Below are positions 1 through 12,719 of a stretch of 64,000 nucleotides of DNA, in pieces. Positions within the stretch are counted from its first letter, which is position 1. Every line of letters starts with the position of its first letter. The translations under genes were made by a program, and so were the position numbers. The notes under the pieces were generated by a model, which was not told the origin of the DNA, ran no database searches, and worked only from the letters and a program-made list of their open reading frames with translations. Origin of the DNA: Eledone cirrhosa (Eukaryota); the NCBI GenBank assembly GCA_964016885.1, contig OZ024741.1, positions 85,374,001-85,438,000 of the forward strand, given 5' to 3'.

Positions 1-144
1 GCTGTAGAAATCTAGCCAGAATCAGTTCTCGTATGAGCAAGTCATGGTCAGCCGACCGGACACTGCCCACAACAGGACAACCCAGCTAACCCATGCTAGC
101 ATGTAAGAACGGACGTAAAACGGTGATGACGATGATGATGATGA
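1..144 (+). mobile_element. 3' end of an RTE-related SINE/LINE with (GAT)n tail
   Basis: Ends ...GGACGTAAAACGGTGATGACGATGATGATGATGAT, matching the 3' tail of the RTE at 4520-4548 (GCGGACGTAAAATGATGATGATGAT). Confidence 0.6.
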
Positions 145-288
145 TATATATATGTGTATATAATGAAAGAAGTGTGGTAAGGAACCAGTATGCAGATTGG
201 AGTATTCGACGAAGTACGCAGGTTGGTTTGTTTACTCCGGAGTAATGTAATAGTAAAATTTTGCTTCGTTTATCATAAATTAAAAATT

Positions 289-343
289 ACTGCTATATAT
301 ATTTCGGTGACAGCCATCATTGGCTGTGACCTCTTCAGGCAGT
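289..343 (-). ncRNA. Minimal type I hammerhead ribozyme
   Basis: Minus strand reads ACTGC-CTGAAGA-GGTCACAGCC-AATGAT-GGCTGTCACC-GAAA-TATATA-TA-GCAGT. It has an intact core, a stem II with 9/10 pairs, a palindromic stem III, an AUA cleavage triplet and a perfect 5-bp stem I. Confidence 0.85.
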
Positions 344-869
344 CCGAATTGGTGGGGAAAAGACAGGTCCATATGTTGTTGAAGTGTGTTTTACTCCGTC
401 AACACATCGATATGTCCAGCTCCTGGGCGTGTTGTTATTCCTCGGAGCAGTAACATTTTAACTTTCGGAAAATTACCTATTGCTAAGGGCCTCCTTAATA
501 TACATACATATACATATACACACACACACATATATGTATCAGCCATTACGTTATATCTCTAAACGTGCTGAATGCAATGAATCATTACACTGTATGGAAT
601 TATAAAGATAGGTGTCATTTCTTCTTATCTACAAATTATGTTCAAATAGGATGTGTAACAACAGTTTCTACGAAAAGCGGAAGCCGTTACGCTCTCACTT
701 TTCGTAAAGATGGCTGTATATTTGTTAGTTATATTTGTGTGTATGTGACTGGCAACTGTGTTAAAAATTCTATGTATCAGCCATTACGGTTCTTACTTCC
801 CATCCACCACATTCGGTATACATGTCCGACGCTGTATGCTAACCACTCCCTCGTGAATATATCATAGAA

Positions 870-3800
870 CAGACAACGGGCGGACGGAGGCTCCGTAAGC
901 CGCAATGTTGGCAACTCGTCTAGGAGAGCTACCACTCCGAATAAATTGGTGCGGGGTAGTGAAGTCCCCTAAGTCCAGTAAGACAACTTCCCTAGTGCTG
1001 GTGGCGCACGAATAAAAGCACCCAGTCCATGCTGTAAAATGGAAGGGTGGTTAGGGCCCCTGAGTCCAGTAAGACGCCCTCTCTAGTGTTGGTGGCACGA
1101 ATAAAAGCACCTAGCCCATGCTGTAAAATGGAAGGGTAAAGAGGACCCCTGAGTCCAGTAAGACAACCTCTCTAGTGCTGGTGGCACGAATAAAAGCACC
1201 CAGTCCATGCTGTAAAGTGGTGCTGAAGTTAGGAAGGGCATCCAACCAATATAATAAATGCCAAAATTATGAGTACAACAAATAGGAATTGCAACAACTG
1301 CGTCAACAGCAATAACACTAACCATGTTAAGGCTGCGAACGGTAGTGGGGTGGCTGGTGCAGCCATGTGCGAGACCCCCCCCCCCGACCGTCATCAAGCA
1401 ATCACACAAAAACAACTGCGTAAACAACAATAACACTAACCATGTTAAGGCTGCGCACGGTAGTGGAGTGGCTAGTGAGGCCATGTGTGAGAACCCCACG
1501 GCCGTCATCAAGCAATCGCACAACAGGAAAAAGAACGGGATGTCGCATCTCAGAGTTGCCACACTTAATGTTGGTAGATCTGATGAGATTGGAGAGAAAG
1601 CATGTGGATGTGTGCTGTGTGCAAGAGGTGCGATGGAGAGGTGCCTCTGCAAGACATCGTAGTTATAAGCTTTTCTGGGTGGGTAATGATGATGGGTTAG
1701 GTGGGGTGGGCATATTACTGGCTGAGAGATGGATCAATAAGACAGTAGAGGTAGTTAGAGTTAGTAATAGAATAATTAAGCTTAGGTTAGTTGTAGACAA
1801 AAGCTACAGACAATCATCTCTGCCTATGCTCCCCAGGCAGGCCTAGGTAAAGAAGAAAAAGACGGCTTTTATGAACAACTTTTACAGACAGCCTCAATGA
1901 CAGAGGACAGAGACATCGTTATGCTAGCAGGTGACTTCGATGGATACACTGGGATACATGGTGGGCACGGTTACGGCTCAAGAAATGAAGGAGTGAGACT
2001 TCTTGAATTTTGTGATGCAAATGCACTAACCATTTGCAACACTAACTTCCAGAAGCCTACCAACCACCTAATAACCTACAAATCAGGCGATCACATAAGC
2101 CAGATTGACTTCCTGCTAGTTAGACAGCGAGACAGACGGATGGTGTCAAATACTAAGGGTTACCCTGGGGAAGAATTTACCCCCACAGCATAGGTTAGTC
2201 GTTAGTGACATCTCAGTAAGCAAGAGAAAGAATGAGACATACAGGAAGGTTTGGAAAAGAAAGGTCTGGAAGCTAAAAGACCTTTCATTAAAATATAAAT
2301 TTAGCAAAGCCCTTCAAGATGCGTACGTAGAAAAAGAAGACGATTTAGAGTTGTATGACATAGATAATAACTGGAATTTTTTGCGTGACAACTTACTGCA
2401 GGCTACTGAAGAAACTTGTGGTTGGGGAAGAGCTTCAACCAGACAGAGGGTGACCTGGTGGTGGAACAGCACGGTAGATAGGGCTATTAGAGACGAAAGA
2501 CTGGCATGGAAAGCTTGGAAAAATGATAGTAGTAGAGACGGATACACAGCCGCTAAGAGAGAAGCTAGACGTCAGGTGTCCCTAGCACGCAGGGAGGCTG
2601 AGAGTAGGAGGTTTGCCAATGTTCTGCGACGGGAAGATCAGAGACGAGCGGTGTTCCGCATTGCAAGGCAGTGTGTCAGTGCAAATCAGGATGTTGTTGG
2701 AGATAAGTGTGTCCGGAATGGTGCCGGTGTACTTAGTGTCACGAATGATCAGAAGAAGGAGGCTTGGAAATGTCATTATGAGAGACTGATGAATGTAGAG
2801 AACGAATGGAACAGAGAGGAATTACCCCAGTAGACCTGACAGAGGGACCAGCTATTGAGATTGACGAATATAGGGTACAAGAGGCAATTAAAGAAATGAA
2901 GAATGGCAAGGCTGCTGGGCCGCCAGACATAGTTGCTGAGATGCTGAAAGCTTCAGGAGAAGTAGGCGCTAAACTAGTTGCACGCATCATTAATCAAGCT
3001 ATATATGGTGGTGTCATACCCAAAGACTGGTGCAGCAGTATTCTCATAAATTGTTACAAAGGTAAAGGGGATGCTCTAGAGAGGAGCAATTATATGGGGC
3101 ATAAAGCTGATGGATCAGGTTATGAAAGTGGCAGAGAGAATATTAGCGCAACTGATTAGAGTAAGGGTCAATTTAGATGAGATGCAGTTTGGTTTTGTGC
3201 CTCGGAAAAGTACAACAGATGCCCTCTTCATAGTGAGGCAACTACAAGAAAGGTTCTTAGAGAAGAATAAGCCACTATATTTAGCTTTTGTTGACCTAGA
3301 GAAGGCCTTTGATAGGGTACCCCGATATGTCATCTGGTGGTCCCTAAGGAAACTAGGTGTAGAGGAATGGCTGTGAGGACAGTGTAAGCTATGTACAGGG
3401 GTGCTGTCAGTAAAGTGAGAATAGGAATGGAGTTTAGTGAGGAATTCCAGATACAAGTAGTTGTACATCAAGGTTCTGTCCTCAGCCCACTCTTGTTCGT
3501 TATAGTCCTCCAAGCCATAACAGAGGAGTTTAAGACTGGATGCAGACGGGAACTTCTCTATGCTGATGATCTGGTTCTTATAGCAGAATCAGTAGAGGAG
3601 TTAGAGAATAAATTCTGGCTATGGAAGCAGCAGTTGGAATCAAGAGGCCTGCGAGTGAACATAGCTAAAACAAAAGTGTTGATAAGTAGAAGAGAGGACA
3701 ATACTCTGATTCCATCAGAGAAATGGCCATGTTCGATCTGTAGGAAAGGAACTGGCATAAATTCTATAAAATGTACGCAATGCAGATCTTGGGTACACAA

Positions 3801-4548
3801 GAGATGCAGTGGGATAGCAGGCAAACTAACAGGTAGGGAAAACTACGTATGCAGTAGAAGTACAGGGAAAGTTGGTAGTAGTAATCGCTGTGATAGACTC
3901 ATGTTTCCAATGCAGGTGGGTTCTATAGAAGTGGTTGATAGCTTCCGGTACCTAGGTGATCAGATTAGCATGGGAGGGAGGTGTTCCGAGGCCATAGTAT
4001 CTACAATAAGGACGGGTTGGAAAAAGTTTAGGGAGCTACTTGCTCTGTTGACAAAGAAGGGTTTCTCCCTGCGTACGAAAGGACGGATGCCTGTGTGAGA
4101 TGCGCGCTGCTGCATGGTAGCGAGACATGGGCAGCAACTGCAGAAGATATGCGACGGCTGGAGAGAAATGAAGAAAGTATGCTCCGTTGGATGTGCAATG
4201 TCAATGTGCGTGAACGACCAAGCATAGACGAGTTGAGAAAGAAACTGGGTATAAGAGGGATAAGTTGTGGTGTGCAGAAGAGAAGGCTGAGTTGGTATGG
4301 ACATGTGATGCGCATGGAGGATGACCGCTGGATAAAAAGAAGTGCCAGGAAGTCCCAGTGGAGGGAAGACGCAGTAGAGGTAGACCACGAAAAACATGGG
4401 CGGAGGTGGTGAGAGCAGATCTCAGATCGCTGAAACTCACCGAGGAGATGACGAAGGACCGTGACAAGTGGAGAGATGCTGTGCTAAATAGGACCCCTCC
4501 CACCCTTGCAAGCAGGGAAAAGCGGACGTAAAATGATGATGATGATGA
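870..4548 (+). mobile_element. RTE-clade LINE, near full length, frameshifted
   Basis: APE endonuclease motifs (VATLNVG, CVQEVRW, GDF, SQIDFLL) and RT motifs (QFGF, FVDLEKAFD, QGSVLSP, LYADD) are split over several frames. It has a (GAT)n 3' tail and tandem duplications in the 5' region. The 5' boundary is approximate. Confidence 0.9.
1539..4490 (+). pseudogene. RTE ORF (APE endonuclease + reverse transcriptase), disrupted
   Basis: ORF fragments 1442-1846, 1897-2193, 2351-2833, 2806-3159, 3110-3376, 3391-4098 and 4095-4412 are collinear pieces of one EN-RT protein. Confidence 0.88.
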
Positions 4549-4549
4549 T

Positions 4550-4611
<62 letters not shown>

Positions 4612-4744
4612 TAATAAGGTTCAATGAATTAATCAATGAATAAAGTTTCACAATAGATTAGAAGCACTCTACTGTAAAGTTTTCTGGAGTTATTAATATT
4701 ACTTCAAAATATGAATAAATATAGATATTCATGTGATCAAATAT

Positions 4745-4808
4745 ATTTTATTATACATATTTCAGAGGTACTGAGCTATTTCAACAGTACGTCCTCATCA
4801 GATAAAAT
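4745..4808 (-). ncRNA. Type I hammerhead ribozyme (family A)
   Basis: Reverse complement of 7870-7933: ATTTTAT-CTGATGA-GGACGTACTG..CAGTACCTCT-GAAA-TATGTA-TA-ATAAAAT. Confidence 0.75.
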
Positions 4809-5660
4809 AAGTTGATGCTTGACATACCTTGACTATGTTGATGGTTATAATTCAGTCATGGCAGTGATTAGTTATGATAAAACTCAATATTTATATACTT
4901 TAAGTTGAAACATGAAAAATTACATATAATACAGAGGGTGCGTATGAGAAAGTGTATAAAGATATATAATAATAAATAACTAATAATATATAATACATAA
5001 ACTTATATAACTGTTGAAAATTTAAATAATAATAAGATATGCGTACCTCATTATTGCAGATAGTGGAAGTGAGAGATCGAGAAAGCAAATCAAGAGGAAA
5101 GGGAGAAAAAGAAAGAGATTTGATCGTACGAACAAAAGAAGGGAGAAATGATCAAAGGATAGAGAGAAGAAATGAAAATAAGTTTAATAGTATAAACAAA
5201 GCGAGGAAGATATGCATTGTAACGTATAAATAGCGTATAATTAGATAGGGGGGGGGGGAGAATATCTAGGCATATGATGCGTGACCGTTTATTTTCAAAT
5301 CTTAAATTAATTAGAAATAGTCAATTAATCAAATGACATAAGATTTTAGACTATAAAATTTGAAAGGATTTATATTATTGTATTATATCAGAGTTAAAGC
5401 AAATGAAATGTGAAAGAGATAAATTTATGTTTATAACTCCAAGGTAATCACAAGTATATTTAAAAGTATATTAAAAATAAGAATATAATCAATATATTAG
5501 TCAGAAAACATTAAAATGAAAATGTTAATAATAAACCATAAAGCATTATAAATGTATTTAATAAGATATTATTAAACCAGATTTCACTAGATATACTCAT
5601 TTGTATACTTTATATATAGACTATAAGGTTTAAGACGACATTAGTCACTTATATATAATA

Positions 5661-6574
5661 CTAGCAGAATGGCCCGGCGTTGCTCGGGATTTGCTCTAAG
5701 GTTCTTATATATTTGATATATATTTATCCTGATCGAGCCTCGTGAAATAAATACGTTTGTTTATATTTTGTTATTGTGTATACAAAAATATCTGTACACG
5801 TATATATATATATATTAAAATAACAGATTAAAGTTTAAGCAAAGAATCACTGCTTTCACACTTAACGGGATCTTCTGAAACTAAAAAATCAATCTGTGAA
5901 CGCAGAAAATGAATCGCTGCTTTCATCCTTAACGGGATCTTCTACCTAAAAGCAGTATGAAGTACACTAAGACTAACTGATGTAATCGTTGGCCCTGTTT
6001 GTTTATATTTTGTTTTTGTGTATGCAAAAATATCTGTACACGAATATCTATATTAAAATAACAGATTAATGTTTAAGCAAAGAATCGCTGCTTTCAACCT
6101 TAACGGCATCTTCTGAAACTAAAAAAATCAATCTGTGAACGCAGATGTAAATATTTCGAAAAACGTTGCAACCGAGGGAAAACAGGAAGATGATACTTTG
6201 GTTCGTGAAGACGTTCCCTGGCATAAGAATATATATATATACACACATACTATATATACATATATGCACACACACACATTGATCGCGTCATAATGTCGTA
6301 ATGCAGACAGCCAGGCATACAAACAGATATTATGAAGGCGCGACGTCATATCTATGTATATATCTAAAAAGAGAAAGACTAAGAGAAAGAGAAATAGATC
6401 GCTAAATTGCCTAATGCGGTCCCTAGGGCATTGAAAATTGGAATTTCTTTGTGCTCAAAACACTTCCGGGCCCATACGGGTTACATGTGTAAAGCTTGAA
6501 AAAACGCTTGGGTACTTCTCGAGTTTTAGGGAAACAGACACACAGACAGACATCCTTTGTTTTATATATATAGA
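5661..6574 (-). mobile_element. Non-autonomous Helitron
   Basis: The minus strand starts TCTATATATATAAAAC and ends with hairpin CCCGAGC-AAC-GCCGGG followed by CTAG. It is inserted at A|T with no TSD, and the empty site is visible in the opposite IR arm (~7010). Confidence 0.85.
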
Positions 6575-7869
6575 TAATTACTGTTAAGAGTGTTATTAAT
6601 AATTGGTTTATTAATAATTCTGAGCGTGAAACGATATTGTCTCAGATTAAAAATTCTTGTAATGCTTTTATTATTTATGCTATTATTAATATTAGACTAA
6701 GAGTGTCTACCTACACATAGAAATTGTTGAGTATGTATGACCTTTACATTGTTTAAATACATTTAATTTTAGTTTTTGTATTTTCTAAATCTTATATCTT
6801 ATATATTTGATACCTCTAATGTATTCAGACTTGTAAACCGTTTAATTACTTTGAATGTTTGTTTACGATTCACGAGGATATGATTGTACATTTATAGTAT
6901 AAAAATCTCCTTAGATCCAAGTTGATTAATTTTTGTACTTAACTTAATGTAAAATTTTGAATACAGTTAAAACTAGTTGAATCAAATTTATAACACTCTT
7001 AACAGTAATTATATTATATATAAGTGACTAATATCGTCTTAAAGCTTAAACCTTATAGTCTATATATAAAGTATACAAATGAGTATATCTAGTGAAATCT
7101 GGTTTAATAATATCTTATTAAATACATTTATAATGCTTTATGGTTTATTATTAACATTTTCATTTTAATGTTTTCTGACTAATATATTGATTATATTCTT
7201 ATTTTTAATATACTTTTAAATATACTTGTGATTACCTTGGAGTTATAAACATAAATTTATCTCTTTCACATTACATTTGCTTTAACTCTGATATAATACA
7301 ATAATATAAATCCTTTCAAATTTTATAGTCTAAAATCTTATGTCATTTGATTAATTGACTATTTCTAATTAACTTAAGATTTGAAAATAAACGGTCACGC
7401 ATCATATGCCTAGATATCCCCCCCCCCCCCCCCCATCTAATTATACGCTATTTATACGTTACAATGCATATCTTCCTCGCTTTGTTTATACTATTAAACT
7501 TATTTTCATTTCTTCTCTCTATCCTTTGATCATTTCTCCCTTCTTTTGTTCCTACGATCAAATCTCTTTCTTTTTCTCCCTTTCCTCTTGATTTGCTTTC
7601 TCGATCTCTCACTTCCACTATCTGCAATAATGAGGTACGCATATCTTATTATTTAAATTTTCAACAGTTATATAAGTTTATGTATTATATATTATTAGTT
7701 ATTTATTATTATATATCTTTATACACTTTCTCATACGCACCCTCTGTATTATATGTAATTTTTCATGTTTCAACTTAAAGTATATAAATATTGAGTTTTA
7801 TCATAACTAATCACTGCCATGACTGAATTATAACCATCAACATAGTCAAGGTATGTCAAGCATCAACTT

Positions 7870-7933
7870 ATTTTATCTGATGAGGACGTACTGTTGAAAT
7901 AGCTCAGTACCTCTGAAATATGTATAATAAAAT
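7870..7933 (+). ncRNA. Type I hammerhead ribozyme (family A)
   Basis: ATTTTAT/ATAAAAT stem I, CTGATGA and GAAA core, GTACTG/CAGTAC stem II, AUA triplet ending at 7926. Confidence 0.75.
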
Positions 7934-8152
7934 GTATTTGATCACATGAATGTCTATATTTATTAATATTTTGAAGTAATATATATATATATATAATATT
8001 AAGGATACTATTTATAGTTATGTATATTATAAACTTTTTATAGTTATGTATATTTTAAACTATAAACAGGGAAGGTCATTAATTTATTACTACAACCAGT
8101 AAGATAAATAGCTCAATGTAATAACATCAGTTGCTCTACAGAGCAGTTATAT

Positions 8153-8640
8153 AGAATTCACAAGAATCAAAGCTATGTTCAAAGCATTTATTCACTTACA
8201 ATTGTTTCATCCAAACCTAAGCTTGGACTCTTCGGAGCATTTTTCAATGCTTGTACATACAATTGACCTCTTATCCAACGCAAGAGACATACAGATACAC
8301 ATATATATATATATATTGATGTACAGTGGAGTGACATATATTATACTATACTTGTACAGCAATTCAAATTTAAAATCAAAATTAAAATACATACCGCATG
8401 TATTTTAATTTTGATTTTAAATTTGAATTGATGTACAAGTATAGTATAGTATAATATATGTCACTCCACTGTACATCAATATATATATATATATGTATTT
8501 GTATGTCTCTTGCGTTGGATAGGAGGTCAATTATATATACAAGCATTGAAAAATGCTCCGAAGAGTCCAAGCCTAGGTTTGGATGAAACAATTGTAAGTG
8601 AATAAATGCTTTGAACATAGCTTTGATTCTTGTGAATTCT
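8153..8640. repeat. Fold-back palindrome (~240-bp arms, 5-nt loop), probably a PLE 3' end
   Basis: 8153-8392 is the reverse complement of 8398-8640. The arm encodes KAFIHLQLFHPNL, which resembles a PLE GIY-YIG C-terminus. Confidence 0.75.
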
Positions 8641-8779
8641 CTCTCTCTCTATATATATATATATATACATGCAGACCACATGCATGATATATACATATGT
8701 ATACACCACTGGATAGCCGTTGATTCTTATGAGTATGTCCACTCCTTGCTGGGTTTTCTTTTTCATCTCATGGGATAGC

Positions 8780-9440
8780 CAAAAATAATTTCTCACCAAC
8801 TAGGCTTGGTGGGGTTGCCGTCTTAGTCGCCGACCACCTGACAACGCGACAGGTTCTACTGGGTTACATGTTGCCAGTGGCTCTCAAATGAGAACTAACA
8901 TACATATATACATAATAATGGCTGCCCTCTCGTTATCGAGTATGACCATTGCACGATATACCATTATTAATAATTATTAATTAATTCTATCGTGCAATGC
9001 CTGTGCGTTTTTAAAGTGAGAAAAGACTGTGCACTGAGCCAATCCCACTCTCTGAACGACAGTAGCTATAACCCGAACAGAAGAAAAGATCGACATCATT
9101 GGTAACTACTGAGCCGCAGGTTTTATATCGGAGTTATCCCAGTTTCCTGAATCGTCTTCTCCTAGAAGAATGCCCTGACAAAGGCTAGGGGGGTCCTTCA
9201 CTCCCAGTGGTTTAACCGCGCGGTACATGTGTATATACATATTTACACACTTTCGGATGGCTGTTGACTTTAATGAGTTCTTCCGCCCTTTGTCAGGTTT
9301 TGTTTTTTGTCCTGTCAAGTCATTCTTGAGTGCTACTGGTAACATATAACCCAGTACAACCTGTCACATGGTCGGGTCGTCGGTGACTAAACCGGAAACC
9401 CCACCAAGTTTATTTGGTGAGGAGGGTGATTTTGGATACA
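8780..9440 (-). mobile_element. Interspersed repeat, RTE-related non-autonomous retroposon plus a ~110-bp module present in both orientations
   Basis: 8920-9310 matches 45615-46100 and, more weakly, 11140-11540. The minus strand has TAGCCTTTG..TCTAGGAGAAG, similar to the RTE 5' region at ~910-930. Confidence 0.5.
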
Positions 9441-9541
9441 TACACATACACACACATATACATACTCATATACATACATACACATACACTCACATGCATA
9501 CATGCACACATACACACTTACACACACATATACACACACAC

Positions 9542-9572
<31 letters not shown>

Positions 9573-9864
9573 CATACATACATACACACATAGACACTCA
9601 AACACATATATGTACACTCATACACACACATACACACACAAACACATACATACATACACACACATACACACACACAAACACATACATGCATACAAACATG
9701 AACCTTTAATGGATGTCAATATGCCAATATTTATAGATTAATAAGTCTACCAAAGTAGTTTGACCTTTTTCTGTGAAGTAGTTCATTGTTGCCTCTAAAT
9801 ATGTGTGTGAACATGTATAGATGTACGTGTGTATATATATATATACGTATATATATATATATAC

Positions 9865-9945
<81 letters not shown>
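9437..9945. repeat. (CA/TACA)n and (TA)n microsatellites
   Basis: Directly visible simple repeats. Confidence 0.9.
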
Positions 9946-9946
<1 letters not shown>

Positions 9947-10000
9947 CGGCGATGAATTAGTTTAGCGAGGTTTTTTATATAAAATCGTGTGTCGAAACAA

Positions 10001-10329
10001 ATATTGTTATACTTGGGGAGGGTCATATTTGTGTAATATTCCCAGAATTAATAACAGAACACACTCACTGTTTGGTTGGTTTTCGCTTCTCGCTGTCTTT
10101 TATATCTGCGATCTAACTTAATCGGTCCTCAATGTTGCCATTGACTGACCGACGGTCAAAAATGTATCTGTATTATTTTTGACCGTCGGTCAGTCAATGG
10201 CAACATTGAGGACCGATTAAGTTAGATCGCAGATATAAAAGACAGCGAGAAGCGAAAACCAACCAAACAGTGAGTGTGTTCTGTTATTAATTCTGGGAAT
10301 ATTACACAAATATGACCCTCCCCAAGTAT

Positions 10330-10337
<8 letters not shown>
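10001..10337. repeat. Perfect hairpin with 163-bp arms and an 11-nt loop
   Basis: 10001-10163 is the reverse complement of 10175-10337. A single-arm copy lies at 32718-32890. Confidence 0.9.
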
Positions 10338-10370
<33 letters not shown>

Positions 10371-10385
10371 CTTACATTTATATAC

Positions 10386-10518
<133 letters not shown>

Positions 10519-10738
10519 GTATGTATATATATAAATGTAAGTATATATATATATATATATATATCGTGTGTGTGTATGGCTGACAAAGCAGAGACGTGCT
10601 TTCCTCAAGTAAAGATATTTTTCCGTTTTTTCCCTGTCTATCCTATTTCTTCTATCTTCCGTGGGAATTTCTGGTGAAGGACTAACGTCCAAAATGCTAA
10701 GATCTTTTTCCTAGTCTATCAGAGTTTAAACAAATATA

Positions 10739-10992
10739 CAATTGTCCCCCGGTGCTCGCAGGGGTTAACTTCCTAGAGCACCTGTGAAGAGTGAAAAACC
10801 GCGAATATTGGACGTGATCTATAAAAATGCCTATAAACCTAAAAATATAACGTAAAATATAATTTAAAAAGGGGGGAGCGTCTTATGCGTCCAATAGGCC
10901 GGCAAATTTACGATTCCGCGAATGTGCGGTGGTTTCCACGAACAATTATTAGTTAGGTTCTAAGGAAAATTCGCGAAGCCGAGTGTACACTG
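10739..10992. mobile_element. Degenerate pogo/Tigger-like MITE
   Basis: Flanked by TA, with imperfect termini CAATTGTCCCCCGGTGCTCGC and GCGAAGCCGAGTGTACACTG. Confidence 0.4.
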
Positions 10993-11057
10993 TATAATCA
11001 TCATTGTACTTTATCATTCTCCTGTGTTGCTTTTACTCGTTGACTTTTTGCATGCAT

Positions 11058-11120
<63 letters not shown>

Positions 11121-11580
11121 TACATACATACATACATGGTGGCTGCCAACTCGTTTTCGAGTACGGCCACTACTTTATATCCATGTAGGAGAACCCCTAC
11201 CGATGCGCTGAACGAGTGTGACATTTTAGTCAAGCCAGCGACTTGAAAACTCTGGTACAAACACTACACTTGTGACAATTATTGGCACATAGTGCTGGGC
11301 CCATGGTTCCATGTGACGACAAGTGCAGAGAGATCTCCAGATATAAAGCAATGCCTGTGCCGTGAAACTTTTATAGTGAGCAAAGGCACTGCACAAAGCC
11401 AGTCCCACTCTCTTAACCAAGATGATATTTACCAAAAAGAAGAACAAGTCAACATCATTGGATACCATCAGGGTTGCAGGTGTTATATCAGAGTTTTCCT
11501 TCTCCTAGAATTCTGCCTTGACAAAGGCTAAGGGGTCATCTCTCCTGTGTTGCTTTTACTAGTTGACTTTTTGCATGCAT

Positions 11581-11632
<52 letters not shown>

Positions 11633-12719
11633 GCATACATACATACATACATACATACATACATACATACATACATACATACATACATACATACATACAT
11701 ACATGTTTGTATATATATATATATACATATATAAATATGTATATATATATATATATATAATAAATGTAATCTGAGTTTTTCGAATAATAATAATATTCGA
11801 TTCGTTTGCAATTATGCAAACAAGCCTCATTTTTAAAGCCATGTCAGTAGAATGAGCTCTTTATTCTTGTTCTTGTGTTGGCATGTAAACAGAACTGCAG
11901 ACACTAATGTTTCTGGGTATTACTCTTTTTACAGGATGGTTTTAAGAGTAGATGTATCACCACGAAGAATTGGGCTTAGGCTGTAAGTCTCAGGTTCTGT
12001 TGCTGCTGTGATAATCCTTCCATATCACATTTAAAGGCATTGCTGTGGTAACAGCATCACAAGACTTTACGATGTTTTTATGTTATTTATTAACAAAGGT
12101 TGAGCTGTGTAGAGCTGGGTAGAGCTGACATGCCAAGAGAAATAAAACAAACGAATTAAGATTTTTGGAAAGCACGGTCTACTGGCTGAAGTGTTGCCAA
12201 GCCGTGGTTATGTTGTTGTGTTACATATTGGCTAGTGATTTCACGACGAAAGAAAAGCAAGTGTTTACCTTTTCGCTGTCGAGTTGCAAGAGAAAGAGTG
12301 ATCTTTACATTAGCATGGTCAGGATGCAAGAGAGCGATTTCTCGAATCGACGCGGGAATTTTTCCTGCAGGGCGCGTAGAAATACATTCTCCTCCGCTGG
12401 CGGTCATTGGCTGGGCTGAGCCAAATAACGCACAGAGAATGTATGTAAGCCCGCGGAATGTAGGTCACTACAATACCCCCTTCCTAGTCGTGAGATGATA
12501 AATATTATTGAATCAGCAGGAAAAAATGCTGAAAGAGCACATCAATTAAAAAAATTGAAAAGAATGCATGCAAAAAGAAAAATGAGGCGCTAAGGGCCGT
12601 GTTGAACCGCTGTGTCAAATGACTAGCTGTTTTGTAGATTATACATGACCACCAGGGGCTAACAGAAAACGGATAAAGTCTGACATGGGCGAAGTTGCTG
12701 TTCTTGCATTAAATGTTAA

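Larger units (their letters stand above)
4695..7980. repeat. ~1-kb inverted repeat carrying a hammerhead in each arm (PLE pLTR-like); left arm interrupted by a Helitron
   Basis: 4695-5660 plus 6575-6596 is the near-identical reverse complement of 6990-7980. The mirrored ORFs 5039+/7448- and 4900-/7593+ confirm this. Confidence 0.9.

Noticed and set aside
10661-10703. Hammerhead-like CTGGTGA-AGGAC-TAAC-GTCC-AAAA
   Set aside because: Two essential core positions are altered; at best a dead remnant.
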